64,000 nt of DNA. Origin: an uncultured delta proteobacterium (GTDB lineage: Bacteria; Desulfobacterota; Binatia; UBA9968). Both the position numbers and the translations under genes were made by a program. The stretch is from NCBI GenBank assembly GCA_963816145.1, contig CAWFJP010000011.1, positions 64,001 through 128,000 on the forward strand, in the 5' to 3' direction. Shown one piece after another: positions 46,997-56,724 of this stretch (position 1 is its first letter; every line of letters starts with the position of its first letter). The notes under the pieces are model-generated. The model was not told where the DNA came from, searched no databases, and saw only the letters and a program-made list of their open reading frames with translations.

Positions 46997-47752
46997 GTGC
47001 ATAGCCAGTTTAACATAAATGCGCTCTCTATTCTCTCCCTCGCCGCAGTTTGGGAAATCACCGGCCGCCTGCTCAATTCGATGCTGATCCCGCCGCTGAC
47101 AAAGATCGGCACAGCCTGGTACAAGCTTTTGCTTGGCGGCAAGCTTTTGCCTAATCTCGCCGCCAGCCTTTGGACCATGATCATCGGCTTTGTTCTGGCA
47201 GTTCTAGTCGGCATCATCGTCGGCCTGCTCATGGGCCGCTTCCGCGCCGTCGAACATTTCCTCGATCTCTACGTCAACTCGTTAATGTCGGCGCCAACCA
47301 CCGCCTTCGTGCCAGTGCTGATCCTGTGGTTCGGCCTCGGCGTCCAATCGCGCGTTGCCGTGGTGTTTCTCTTCGCCGTGTTCGTCGTGATCATCAACAC
47401 CATGACCGGTGTCAAACAGGTCGACAACGTCTTGCTTGAAATGGCGCGCTCCTTCGGCGCCAGGGAAAAAGAAACCTTCATCAAAATTATCTTACCGGCG
47501 GCCATGCCGGCGATCATGGCCGGCGTCCGCCTGGCCATGGGGCGCGCGGTCAAGGGCATCGTCACGGCGGAGATGCTACTGACGCTGACCGGCATCGGCG
47601 CGATGATCATGCAGTACGGCTCAGCCTTCGCCACCGACGCGCTGTTCGCCGTGATTTTGACGATTTTGATCGTCGCCATGATCGCCATGAAACTGGTGCA
47701 AATGCTCGATCGACGTCTCACCGGATGGAAAGAAGAAGTCGCGGTCGAATAG
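46997..47752 (+). CDS. ABC transporter permease (TauC/SsuC family)
   Basis: EMARSFGA EAA-loop; about 6 TM helices. Confidence 0.9.
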   Translation: MHSQFNINALSILSLAAVWEITGRLLNSMLIPPLTKIGTAWYKLLLGGKLLPNLAASLWTMIIGFVLAVLVGIIVGLLMGRFRAVEHFLDLYVNSLMSAPTTAFVPVLILWFGLGVQSRVAVVFLFAVFVVIINTMTGVKQVDNVLLEMARSFGAREKETFIKIILPAAMPAIMAGVRLAMGRAVKGIVTAEMLLTLTGIGAMIMQYGSAFATDALFAVILTILIVAMIAMKLVQMLDRRLTGWKEEVAVE

Positions 47753-47792
47753 TTAAGTGGCCGGTGAAGCCCCAGGGAATGCGCAGATTGGA

Positions 47793-47958
47793 CTCGAAGC
47801 ACGAAATCCGAAACCCGCAGCTCGAAACAAATTCAAATGAACCAATATATAATGTTCCAAACATCGCTGAGTCAAATTCGAGGTTTTGGAGTTTTGGATC
47901 TGGAATTTATTTTGGCCCGGTTTTGTTTCGAATTTCGAAATTCGGATTTAAATTCGTG
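47793..47958. repeat. Heptamer-periodic long inverted repeat (nCGAAA / TTTCGn)
   Basis: ctcgaag-cacgaaa-tccgaaa-cccgcag-ctcgaaacaaa ... tttgtttcgaa-tttcgaa-attcgga; AT-rich spacer. Confidence 0.8.
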
Positions 47959-47996
47959 AATCGATGGTGACTAATTTTAGCGGGGAGGGAGTTCCT

Positions 47997-48980
47997 ATGA
48001 CCAGATCGTTCCTAAAATTATCTGCCTTAGCGGTCGGGTTCGCCGTCGGGCTCGCCTTGGCTGCGCCGGCACACGCCCAGAAAAAAGTCCGCTTCGCTTA
48101 TCCATCGTCGGCAGACATGGGCGATGTGCCGTCGCTGCTCGCGTGGGAGCAGCTCAAGAAACAGGGCATCGAAGTGGTGCCGACGTTTTTTCCGAGAACC
48201 GATCTCGCCGTTCAAGCGGTGGTCGCCGGTGAAGCCGATATCGGTTCCGCCGCCGGCATCGCCGTCGTCAAGGCGGTGGAAAGCGGCATGAATGTCAGAG
48301 TGATCGGCGAGCAGGTGCGCAACGAATGGCAGTTGGTGGCGCCGGTATCGTTCAAGGACCCCAAGCAGCTCGACGGCAAGCGGGTCGGCTATCACGCGCC
48401 GATCACCGTCACCGAGGCGCTGGTCAAATGGATGGCACAGCACTACAAGATCACACCCAACTGGCTGATCATTCCCGGTTCGGATGTGCGCGCTGAAGCG
48501 CTCATGCGCGGCCAACTGGACGCCACCCCGGCAGAGATCGTCGACGTGCTAAATATTTTGAACGCCAAACCCGGACAGTTTCACGTGTTGATCTCCTACG
48601 CGAAAATTTTCCCGCAGCTGATCGGCTCGATGTACTTCTCGCGCGCCGATTATCTGCAGAAACAAGCTGGCACCGTCGACAGCGTGATCGAAGCGATCTT
48701 GCGCGCCCACCGTAATGCCGAAGAACGGCCGGCGTCGGTGCGCGAAAACGCGCTTAGGTTGCTGCCGGAAACTAAACCGGAACTGATCGATGCCATCGCC
48801 GCCAGTTACAAAGATCTGCGCATCTGGGACGTCAACGGCGGCGCTGGCAGAGAACGCGGCGATGCCAGCATCAAATTTTTTGAGGACGCCGGATTGCTGA
48901 AAAAGGGCGCGGTCACCTTCGCGCAGTCGTTCGACACCGGGCCTCTCGATCGCGTGTTAAAGAAAATTGGCCGCAAATAA
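47997..48980 (+). CDS. ABC substrate-binding protein (NMT1/THI5/SsuA-like)
   Basis: Signal peptide (AHA-Q), AGEADIG, LDGKRVG. Confidence 0.85.
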   Translation: MTRSFLKLSALAVGFAVGLALAAPAHAQKKVRFAYPSSADMGDVPSLLAWEQLKKQGIEVVPTFFPRTDLAVQAVVAGEADIGSAAGIAVVKAVESGMNVRVIGEQVRNEWQLVAPVSFKDPKQLDGKRVGYHAPITVTEALVKWMAQHYKITPNWLIIPGSDVRAEALMRGQLDATPAEIVDVLNILNAKPGQFHVLISYAKIFPQLIGSMYFSRADYLQKQAGTVDSVIEAILRAHRNAEERPASVRENALRLLPETKPELIDAIAASYKDLRIWDVNGGAGRERGDASIKFFEDAGLLKKGAVTFAQSFDTGPLDRVLKKIGRK

Positions 48981-48989
48981 CTGCACGAT

Positions 48990-49019
48990 GTTCGGGGCGG
49001 GTTTCAAACCTGTCGCTAC
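48990..49019. repeat. Degenerate GTAG-family REP-like palindrome
   Basis: gttcggggcgggtttcaaacctgtcgctac. Confidence 0.5.
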
Positions 49020-49032
49020 GGTTGAGTAACGC

Positions 49033-49776
49033 ATGAAACCCAACACTCTCAGACTCCTCTCGCTCATAACGCTCACGGCGGCCTGGGAAATCGCCGGCCG
49101 CACCGGCAACGCCCGCTTGCTGCCGCCGGCGTCGAAGGTCATGAGCGTTTGGTTTGACTTACTGCTCACCGGCCAGCTTTTCCACGCCCTTAGCGTCAGC
49201 CTGCAAGCTCTTACCCTCGGCTTCTTACTCTCGGTGCTATTCGGCGTCCCATTGGGGCTGCTCATGGGACGCTACCGCCGGCTCGAATCCTTTCTCGATA
49301 TCTACATGACCGCGCTGCTGACGGTGCCGATGATTTCGTTCATCCCCTTCTTGGTCATCGCCTTCGGCCTGGGACTGCAGTCGCGAATCTGGATCGTCTT
49401 TCTTTTTGCCTTCGTCATCATCGCCATCAACACCACCGCCGGCGTGCGCAACGTCGATCCGACGCTGACGGAAATGGCCAAGTCCTTCGGCGCCAAGGAA
49501 AGCGAACTGTTCATGAAAATCATCCTGCCCGCCGCCCTGCCGATGATCATGGCGGGGATCCGTCTCGGCATGGGGCGCGCCGTGTTGGGCATGGTTACCA
49601 GCGAGATGATCCTCGCCGTGGTTGGTTTCGGCGCTATGCTGATGACTTTCGGCGCGTCGTTCAATTCGCCGGCGTTGTTCGCAACGCTCTTGACTATCGT
49701 CCTGCTCGCCGTGGCGCTATTGGCGTTGATCCAATACCTCGACCGGCGTTTAACGCCATGGCGTTCGGCCGCGTGA
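49033..49776 (+). CDS. ABC transporter permease (second, paralog of 46997)
   Basis: EMAKSFGAKE loop; ILPAALP.IMAG.RL shared with the first permease. Confidence 0.9.
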   Translation: MKPNTLRLLSLITLTAAWEIAGRTGNARLLPPASKVMSVWFDLLLTGQLFHALSVSLQALTLGFLLSVLFGVPLGLLMGRYRRLESFLDIYMTALLTVPMISFIPFLVIAFGLGLQSRIWIVFLFAFVIIAINTTAGVRNVDPTLTEMAKSFGAKESELFMKIILPAALPMIMAGIRLGMGRAVLGMVTSEMILAVVGFGAMLMTFGASFNSPALFATLLTIVLLAVALLALIQYLDRRLTPWRSAA

Positions 49777-49872
49777 CACTTCTCAAATCTGCCAACTTGG
49801 GTTACAAATGAACCGGTGCCGCGAGCGCGCCTTTAACGACCAATCACTCCAATACCAGGAGAATTTTTCGCG

Positions 49873-50880
49873 ATGAAAAATCGAATCTTGAATCGACCGT
49901 TTTCCATCCTTTGCACTTTACTGGCAATTTTTCTGGTGCCTTCTCATGCCGGGGCGCAAGCGCCGATGGAAAAACTCCACGTCGCCTATACAGTGATCGC
50001 GCCGACGCAGCTCAACGTTTGGACCGCCAAAGATATGGGCTATTTCGCAAAACATGGGCTCGATGTCGATCTAGTCTTGCTCGTCGGTGCGCCGCTCGCG
50101 GTCGCTGCTTTAGTCGGCGGCGAAACACCCATCGTTCACACCGGCGCGTCCGCTGTGATCACCAGCAACCTCGCCGGTTCCGGCGCCGTCTTGCTCGCCG
50201 GCGCGGCCAACCGATTTCCGTATGTCTTGTTCGTCACCGAGCAAATCAAACGGGTTGAAGACTTGAAAGGGAAACGTTTCGGCGTCAGCCGCGTCGGCGG
50301 CGCTGACCACGCCGCCGCGATCACGGTGTTCGACAAATTGGGCGTCAAAGAAAACGACGTCACCTACGTTCAGGCCGGCAGCATTCCAGCCCGCCTGGCG
50401 GCCATGCAGACCAACACGTTGCAAGCGACTTTGCTCCAAGCGCCGGAAACTTTGAAGGCTAAAGAGCTTGGCCTGCGCGCACTGCTCGATTTCACCAAGC
50501 TCGATGTCGAGTGGCAGCAAAACGGCGTGGCGACGACCCGCGACTACATTAAAAGGAAACCTGACACCATCCGCCGCTTCATGCGCGCCTACGTCGACGC
50601 CGTCCACTATAACTTGACCAACGCCAAGGGCGCGCAAAAGGTGTTGCAAAAATATTTGGCGATCAAGGACGACCGATCGGTCGAAGAAGCTTACAACGAA
50701 ATCGTCTTCAAGCTCACTCGCCGTGTGCCCTACCCGACCGAGCCCGGCATTCAGCTTTTTCTCGATCAGCTAAAAGCCAGAAACCCCAAGGCCGGCCAAG
50801 TCAAACCGAGCGAATTTACCGACATCAGTTTTTTGAAAGAGCTCGAAAGCAGCGGCTATATCGACAAATTATATAAATAA
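49873..50880 (+). CDS. ABC substrate-binding protein (NMT1/THI5-like)
   Basis: Signal peptide; GYFAKHGLDVDL, DLKGKRFGV, C-terminal LESSGYIDKLY. Confidence 0.88.
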   Translation: MKNRILNRPFSILCTLLAIFLVPSHAGAQAPMEKLHVAYTVIAPTQLNVWTAKDMGYFAKHGLDVDLVLLVGAPLAVAALVGGETPIVHTGASAVITSNLAGSGAVLLAGAANRFPYVLFVTEQIKRVEDLKGKRFGVSRVGGADHAAAITVFDKLGVKENDVTYVQAGSIPARLAAMQTNTLQATLLQAPETLKAKELGLRALLDFTKLDVEWQQNGVATTRDYIKRKPDTIRRFMRAYVDAVHYNLTNAKGAQKVLQKYLAIKDDRSVEEAYNEIVFKLTRRVPYPTEPGIQLFLDQLKARNPKAGQVKPSEFTDISFLKELESSGYIDKLYK

Positions 50881-50883
50881 GGC

Positions 50884-50950
50884 GGTTTCAATCGTTCTCC
50901 CCCAGAAAATCCACCTGGAACTACTGGAACGTTTGGAACCATTGGAACCT
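50884..50950. repeat. Nonamer-periodic repeat (nnTGGAACn) between convergent genes
   Basis: gtttcaatc-gttc ... cctggaact-actggaacg-tttggaacc-attggaacc; same family as 46018. Confidence 0.75.
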
Positions 50951-50963
50951 TTTTTATTGGCGG

Positions 50964-51599
50964 TTAATTTTTGTAGATCACTATCCCTAAATCTCTCCCT
51001 CGTCCGCCTTCCGGGCAAGCGCTGATGCCCACCAAACAGTCCATTTCGGAGCGGAAATCGACCATATCCCCTTCCGGTCGGGGCCGGGTCATCGAGTAGC
51101 GCATGGCGCCGCTCTTGGCGTTGATGACCATAGTCTGAAACACGTTGAGCGGGCTCGGCACGTCCTCTTTCGGCACGCCGTGGGGCTTGAGCGCCTTGGC
51201 GAGGTTTTCCCAGCAGCCGTGCTTGGGCGCGACAACCTTCTTGCGGCCCAATTTTTTCCACACGCCGCCGTAGATCTTGAAGATCTCATCGCCCCATTTT
51301 TTGTAGAAGGACGTGCTACACATGCCCTTTTCCATGTCATGAGTGCCGCGATACGTGTCTTTGACGATGGTCTGCATGACGTTGTTATACTTGGAGATCA
51401 GCATGTCGCCCTTCGTCACGAAGATCTTTCCCTGGTTGACTTTGGTGCGCGCCTGATCGAAACGCTCTTTGACGTTGCGCAGATTGAACACCGTGTAGTC
51501 GGCAGTCGAGTGGCCGATAACGCGAATGACCTGCCCCTTCTTGACGACGAACGTCGCCCCGGTATTGCTCTTGATGATCGACTCGCTGATGATTTTCAT
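50964..51599 (-). CDS. Urea carboxylase-associated (DUF1989) family protein
   Basis: HD...MC, HGCWENL, PLNVFQ and EMDCLVGISACP motifs; GGAGG RBS. Confidence 0.85.
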   Translation of the reverse strand: MKIISESIIKSNTGATFVVKKGQVIRVIGHSTADYTVFNLRNVKERFDQARTKVNQGKIFVTKGDMLISKYNNVMQTIVKDTYRGTHDMEKGMCSTSFYKKWGDEIFKIYGGVWKKLGRKKVVAPKHGCWENLAKALKPHGVPKEDVPSPLNVFQTMVINAKSGAMRYSMTRPRPEGDMVDFRSEMDCLVGISACPEGGRGRDLGIVIYKN

Positions 51600-51747
51600 C
51601 GTTGCCTCCCTGGCGGGTTGAACTTCATTCACGTTAACTGATGGACCAGCGGAAATGCAAGATTCCACCGATAAATGAAAGCGTCGTCGCGATTGACAGG
51701 GCATTGCGCACATGGATAAATACCGCTGCCAGGTGAGCTAAAATTCC

Positions 51748-52575
51748 ATGCCGGACCCCGCCCAAACTGCTACGGAATCGGAGCCAAGCCGAAACGGCTT
51801 TGTCATCAGGGTGCAAAACGCTTCCAAGGTCTTTCAAACGCCGAGCCAGGCCAACCTCGGCGCTCTGACGGGCATCGATTTGGACATTCGCGCCGGAGAG
51901 TTTGTCACCGTCGTAGGTCCCAGCGGCTGCGGCAAATCGACGCTGCTCAAACTCATCGCCGGTTTTTCGGCGTGCTCCGCAGGACGGATACTCTTTCAGG
52001 ACGAAGAGGTGCGCGGCCTCAATACCAAAGTCGGCTACGTTCCTCAGGAGAGCAAGCTATTTCCGTGGCTCACCGTTGAAGAGAATGTCGGTTTTGGCTT
52101 GAGTCCCAAACGTTATTCACGCGCCGATCGCGAGCGCCAAGTGAGTTATTTTATCAACCTCGCGGGGCTTTCCGGTTTCGAAAAATATTACCCGGCACAA
52201 CTCTCCGGCGGCATGGGCAAGCGCGCCTCCATCGTGCGCGCCCTTGCGTACGAGCCGCCTGTGATCCTAATGGACGAGCCCTTTGGCCCGCTTGACGCTC
52301 AGACGCGCATGGTGCTGCAAGACGAGCTGTTGAAAATCTGGGAGCAAAAGCGCCAGACCATTGTTTTCGTGACCCATGACTTGGTCGAAGCGGTCGCGCT
52401 CGCCGACCGCGTCGTGGTCATGACTCACCGACCGGGCAAAATCAAAGACGTCATTAAAGTGCCGATGGACCGGCCGCGTAATATCTTCGAAATCCATCGC
52501 CAACCGGGATTCGACGAAGCCTACAGCCGCTTGTGGACGATCTTCCGTCACGAACTCAACATCGGCGCACATTAG
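51748..52575 (+). CDS. ABC transporter ATP-binding protein (TauB/SsuB family)
   Basis: GPSGCGKS, LSGGM, MDEPF and VTHD motifs. Confidence 0.93.
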   Translation: MPDPAQTATESEPSRNGFVIRVQNASKVFQTPSQANLGALTGIDLDIRAGEFVTVVGPSGCGKSTLLKLIAGFSACSAGRILFQDEEVRGLNTKVGYVPQESKLFPWLTVEENVGFGLSPKRYSRADRERQVSYFINLAGLSGFEKYYPAQLSGGMGKRASIVRALAYEPPVILMDEPFGPLDAQTRMVLQDELLKIWEQKRQTIVFVTHDLVEAVALADRVVVMTHRPGKIKDVIKVPMDRPRNIFEIHRQPGFDEAYSRLWTIFRHELNIGAH

Positions 52576-52587
52576 AAGAGAGTGAAC

Positions 52588-53448
52588 ATGCCGGAGGAAA
52601 TAAGCCAAACACGAACCCAGGGAACTTCCTCCGACACAGGCGCCGCCACGGCGGCCAAGTCACCGCTGACTATGCGCGGCGTGACGGTGACGCTACTGCG
52701 CACCGCCATCGTCGTCGGTTTTTTCTCTCTGTGGGAAATCGCGTCCGGCCGCTGGATCGAGCCCTTTCTGATCAGCAGCCCGAGTCGTATCTTCTCGTCG
52801 ATGTTGACCGGCTTCACCGACGGCGACCTGCTGCAACACACGTGGGTCACGTTTATCGAGATCGCCATCGGCTTTCCGATCGGTGCGATCTCGGGCATCG
52901 CCCTGGGATACGCCTTCGGGCGCAGCAAACTTCTCGCGGAAATTTTCGAACCAATCATCATCGCCCTCAACGGCATTCCCCGGACGGCTTTAGCCCCCCT
53001 GTTCATCGTCTGGCTCGGCATCGGCCTTTGGTCCAAAGTCGGCGTAGTTTTCCTGCTCACATTCTTTCTCAACTTCTTCAACACCTATACCGGCATGCGC
53101 CAGATGGATCATGAGTACGTCGATCTGGCGAGCCTGATGGGCGTCAAGGGATGGAAGTTGACGTTCAAGGTGATCTTTCCCGCGATCTCGCCCTATGTCT
53201 TTACCGGCATCCGCACAAGCATCCCCTTCGCTGTCATCGGCGCCATCGTCGGCGAATTCGTCGCCGCCACCGAAGGTGTCGGGTTTTTCATCCGCATGTC
53301 GGCGGGCATTTTCAAGACCGCCGATGTCTTTGTCGGCATCATCGTTCTAATGATCATGGTCATCATCATGGACAAATTTGCCGCCGCCATCGAGAAGCGG
53401 GCGCTGCGCTGGCAAACTCAAACCGAGCACATCCAAATCCAAGCTTGA
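52588..53448 (+). CDS. ABC transporter permease
   Basis: IPRTALAPLFIVWLGIG and GAIVGEF motifs. Confidence 0.9.
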   Translation: MPEEISQTRTQGTSSDTGAATAAKSPLTMRGVTVTLLRTAIVVGFFSLWEIASGRWIEPFLISSPSRIFSSMLTGFTDGDLLQHTWVTFIEIAIGFPIGAISGIALGYAFGRSKLLAEIFEPIIIALNGIPRTALAPLFIVWLGIGLWSKVGVVFLLTFFLNFFNTYTGMRQMDHEYVDLASLMGVKGWKLTFKVIFPAISPYVFTGIRTSIPFAVIGAIVGEFVAATEGVGFFIRMSAGIFKTADVFVGIIVLMIMVIIMDKFAAAIEKRALRWQTQTEHIQIQA

Positions 53449-53467
53449 AGCGAAAGGAGATTTTGCG

Positions 53468-54517
53468 ATGCAAAAACGATCTGTGTTCGCCGTTGGACTG
53501 AACGTCTTGGCTTTATTCGTAATCTTGGCGGGGCCAACCCGGCAAGCCGCGGCCCAACAAAAAGACATGCCCGAAGTGACCATGCTCACCGCCGTACCGA
53601 ACTTCGCCTTCGCCGCGATCTGGGTGGCGGAGCAGCTCAAATATTTCGAGCAGGAGGGCGTGCGCGTCAAAATCACTCCGGCGCCGAGCGGCTCGGTCTG
53701 TTTGAACGCCGTGGTCGGGCGCTCAATCAACTTCTGTGCATCCACGTCCGAGGGACTCGTCCTAGCACGGGCCGAAGGCGCCCCGGCAATCGCGATTCAA
53801 GCGCACAACCGCACCATGACGCTGGGCGTCGTCTTGCGCAAGGCGATCGTCGACAAACTTCGACTGACTCGCGAAAGTCCCATGCCCGCAAGGTTACAGG
53901 CGCTGACGCAGTTGGGCACCATCGGCGCCACCGGACCGGGAGCGGCCTCCGAGCAGGTCATAAAATTTCTTGTAAAAAAAGCCGGTGGAATCGGGACGAT
54001 ACTTAAGTTCGTTTATATTGGCGCCGCGGAACTTCCCCCGGCTCTAATGAACGACGTGATCGACGCCTACGCGCTTTCCCCTCCTTCAGCCGAAATCACC
54101 GAGGCAAGCGGTAAGGGCTATGTCCTGATTCCTCTGGGCAAGGGAGAAATACCGGAATTGACCGATTACCCCTATGAGGTTCTCATGGTGCGACCGGACT
54201 ATGTCGAGGCGAATCCGAAGATCGCCATGGCGGTGTCGCGGGCGATCTCGCGCGGCGGCGCGCTATTCCGTAATAAACCCGAGGAAGCAAAAGCCGCCCT
54301 GCGCAGCCACCGTCTCGGCGTTAAATTGGAAGAGAGCGTCTTCAATCTTTCTTACAACATGGTCGCCGGCGCCATGCCCCCCTGGGGAACCATGAGCCCT
54401 GCGGGATGGCAAAAGGTGATCAACTTCGCAACCGGCGCGGGTATTGTTAAAGAAGCTCAAGCTCCTTCGAACAAAGAGGGCGTACTCTGGACGAACAAAT
54501 ATGTCGGGAAACCTTAG
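53468..54517 (+). CDS. ABC substrate-binding protein (NMT1/THI5-like)
   Basis: AAGGAG RBS, signal peptide, YFEQEGV, WTNKY C-terminus. Confidence 0.85.
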   Translation: MQKRSVFAVGLNVLALFVILAGPTRQAAAQQKDMPEVTMLTAVPNFAFAAIWVAEQLKYFEQEGVRVKITPAPSGSVCLNAVVGRSINFCASTSEGLVLARAEGAPAIAIQAHNRTMTLGVVLRKAIVDKLRLTRESPMPARLQALTQLGTIGATGPGAASEQVIKFLVKKAGGIGTILKFVYIGAAELPPALMNDVIDAYALSPPSAEITEASGKGYVLIPLGKGEIPELTDYPYEVLMVRPDYVEANPKIAMAVSRAISRGGALFRNKPEEAKAALRSHRLGVKLEESVFNLSYNMVAGAMPPWGTMSPAGWQKVINFATGAGIVKEAQAPSNKEGVLWTNKYVGKP

Positions 54518-54602
54518 CCGCTTTGATCAAATACGTGGCGTAGGGCGCTCGGGGAGAAAGACGGGGGAACCTGATGTCTTCGATCAGCCAATCACCTTGC
54601 AG

Positions 54603-55280
54603 TTAACGATATCCCATCGCGGCGAGAAAGTGCTTCAACGACGAGAACTTTAGGTAAGGATTGGTTTTCTTTTGCTCGCCGATCGTCGCGTGCGCCAGGC
54701 GCGCATAGTTGTGGCCGGGGAAGAGAATCGTGTCGTCCGGCAGCGCTGCCAGTTTTTGCGTCAAGCTGTAATACATCTGCTCGGCATTGCCGCCGGGGAA
54801 ATCGACGCGGCCGCAGGCGTCGATAAACATGGTATCGCCGGACACCACGCGGCCGTCGACCAGGAAGCATTGCGATCCCGGCGTGTGGCCGGGGGTGTGC
54901 ATGAGCTCGATCTCGATGCCCCCGACATTAATCTTGTCGCCGTGATCGGTTTTGATCAGATCCGATGCTACTAGGCCTTTGAGAAACTCGGCCTCGGCTT
55001 TGTGCACGACGACTTTGGCTTTGCACTTTTCTAAAAGCTCGCTCACGCCGTCGATCGCCATCCCGGCAAACCCGCCGCCGACATGATCCGGGTGCGTGTG
55101 GGTCACGAAGGCGTGAGTAATCTCCATGCCATCCTGCGCCGCGGTCTTGAGGATCGTGTCGATCTCCCACGCCGCATCGACCACGGCGACCTTGCGCGTC
55201 TCGGTGGAGCCGATGAGATACACGTAGTTCTGCATCGGACCGATTTCGAGCTGCTTAAAGTAAAGGGATGGATTCTTCAT
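54603..55280 (-). CDS. MBL-fold metallo-hydrolase (glyoxalase II/persulfide dioxygenase-like)
   Basis: THTHPDH, HTPGHTPG, SGDT..CGRVD and PGH motifs. Confidence 0.88.
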   Translation of the reverse strand: MKNPSLYFKQLEIGPMQNYVYLIGSTETRKVAVVDAAWEIDTILKTAAQDGMEITHAFVTHTHPDHVGGGFAGMAIDGVSELLEKCKAKVVVHKAEAEFLKGLVASDLIKTDHGDKINVGGIEIELMHTPGHTPGSQCFLVDGRVVSGDTMFIDACGRVDFPGGNAEQMYYSLTQKLAALPDDTILFPGHNYARLAHATIGEQKKTNPYLKFSSLKHFLAAMGYR

Positions 55281-55282
55281 GA

Positions 55283-55368
55283 AGAAGTCAGGAGACAGAA
55301 TCCAGAAGCCGGTAGATTCTCACTCGCGGCACGCGCCTTCTGAATTCTGACTTCTGGCTGCTGCCTCC
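55283..55368. repeat. Heptamer-periodic inverted repeat (AGAAGnC / TTCTGnC)
   Basis: agaagtc-aggagac-agaatcc-agaagcc ... ttctgaa-ttctgac-ttctggc-tgctgcc. Confidence 0.8.
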
Positions 55369-55371
55369 AAA

Positions 55372-55815
55372 TTACTTTTTTACCTTCTCCGCCAACGAAG
55401 CATAGCTCACCCCATCGCCGTTATCGTGGCTCACCGGCAGCCCGGAGGCCGACCAGCCTGGCGCGATCGTCTTGCCCATCTGATCGCGCATGCCGCCGAA
55501 GCCGCCGAGCAAGTTGGCAATATCTCCATAACCGGCATCCACTAAGATACCCGCCGCCCGGGCCGAGCGCGCCCCCGATTGGCAACCGACGATGATTTTC
55601 TTGTCTTTGGCGAAGTTTCTCTCGACAACGCCGACAAAATCCGGATTCAACACCATGCCGCGCGCCGGATCGGCAAACGCCACGGGAATATTCACCGCTC
55701 CGGCCGGGTGACCATTGGCGAACTCCTGCGCCGTGCGCACATCGATGTAGACGGTGCTCTTATCGGCGCTCAGAGCTTCGTGCGCTTGTTGTGCCGTCAT
55801 CTCTTTGAATGCCAT
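55372..55815 (-). CDS. Rhodanese-like domain protein
   Basis: IDVRT..EF..GH..GAVNIP, CQSGARS and GG...W motifs. Confidence 0.9.
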   Translation of the reverse strand: MAFKEMTAQQAHEALSADKSTVYIDVRTAQEFANGHPAGAVNIPVAFADPARGMVLNPDFVGVVERNFAKDKKIIVGCQSGARSARAAGILVDAGYGDIANLLGGFGGMRDQMGKTIAPGWSASGLPVSHDNGDGVSYASLAEKVKK

Positions 55816-55838
55816 AGTCACGACCAGATTCCGACGCG

Positions 55839-55865
55839 TTGAACTTTGAACCTGGAACCTTGCAC
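55839..55865. repeat. Heptamer tandem repeat TTGAACY
   Basis: ttgaact-ttgaacc-tggaacc-ttgcac between fabI and the rhodanese gene. Confidence 0.7.
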
Positions 55866-55880
55866 GGCGCGCTTCGCGCG

Positions 55881-56651
55881 CTACATCCCCATTATATTGT
55901 AGCCGGCGTCGACATGCATCACTTCGCCGGTCACGGCACTGCCCCAATCGCTGCATAGATAGAGCGCGGTCTTGCCGACTTCTTCGGCGTCGATGTTTCT
56001 TTTCAACGGCGCGCGTTCGGCGACATGGTGCAGCATGGATTTGAAATCCGAGATGCCCGCCGCCGCCAGCGTGCGCAGCGGTCCGGCGGAGATCGCGTTG
56101 ACGCGAATGCCTTTGGGCCCGAGATCATGGGCCAAATAACGCACGCTTGCTTCCAGCGCCGCTTTCGCCACGCCCATGACATTGTAGTTGGGAATGACTT
56201 TTTCCGAGCCCATGTAGGTTAGCGTCAGCACCGCACCGTTGCGTCCTTCCATCAGTGGCGCGGCGTGGCGCGTCAGCGCGACTAGCGAATAGGCGCTCAC
56301 GTCCATTGCCAATTGAAATCCCGCCCGGCTGGTCTGCACATAGGGATTGGCTAGATCTTCCTTGTTGGCGAAAGCGATGGCATGGATCAAAATATCGAGC
56401 CCGCCCCATTCTTGCTTCAGCGTCGCGAAAACTTTCTCGACATCTTCGTCCTTGGTCACGTCGCAGGGCAAAATAATTCTCGCGCCGATCCCTTCGGCCA
56501 AGGGCCGCACGCGCTTCTCCAGCATCTCACCGGCGAAGGTAAACGCCAACTCCGCACTTTCGGCATGAAACGCCTCCGCGATCGCCCAGGCGATGCTCCG
56601 ATCGTTGGCCACGCCGAAAATCGCCGCTTTCTTGCCCTCAAGTAGTCCCAT
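55881..56651 (-). CDS. fabI: Enoyl-ACP reductase
   Basis: GVANDRSIAW, YNVMGVAKAALE, RVNAISAGP and HVDAG motifs. Confidence 0.95.
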   Translation of the reverse strand: MGLLEGKKAAIFGVANDRSIAWAIAEAFHAESAELAFTFAGEMLEKRVRPLAEGIGARIILPCDVTKDEDVEKVFATLKQEWGGLDILIHAIAFANKEDLANPYVQTSRAGFQLAMDVSAYSLVALTRHAAPLMEGRNGAVLTLTYMGSEKVIPNYNVMGVAKAALEASVRYLAHDLGPKGIRVNAISAGPLRTLAAAGISDFKSMLHHVAERAPLKRNIDAEEVGKTALYLCSDWGSAVTGEVMHVDAGYNIMGM

Positions 56652-56690
56652 TTCATTCACCTTCTTAGAAAATTCCAACGCGCATCCGAG

Positions 56691-56724
56691 TTTTGACCTT
56701 TTTACTTTTTGCTTTTGCCTTGAC
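56691..56724. repeat. Heptamer-like repeat TTTTGnC overlapping the pduO stop
   Basis: ttttgac-ctttttac-tttttgc-ttttgcc-ttgac; supplies the QGKSKK* tail. Confidence 0.65.
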
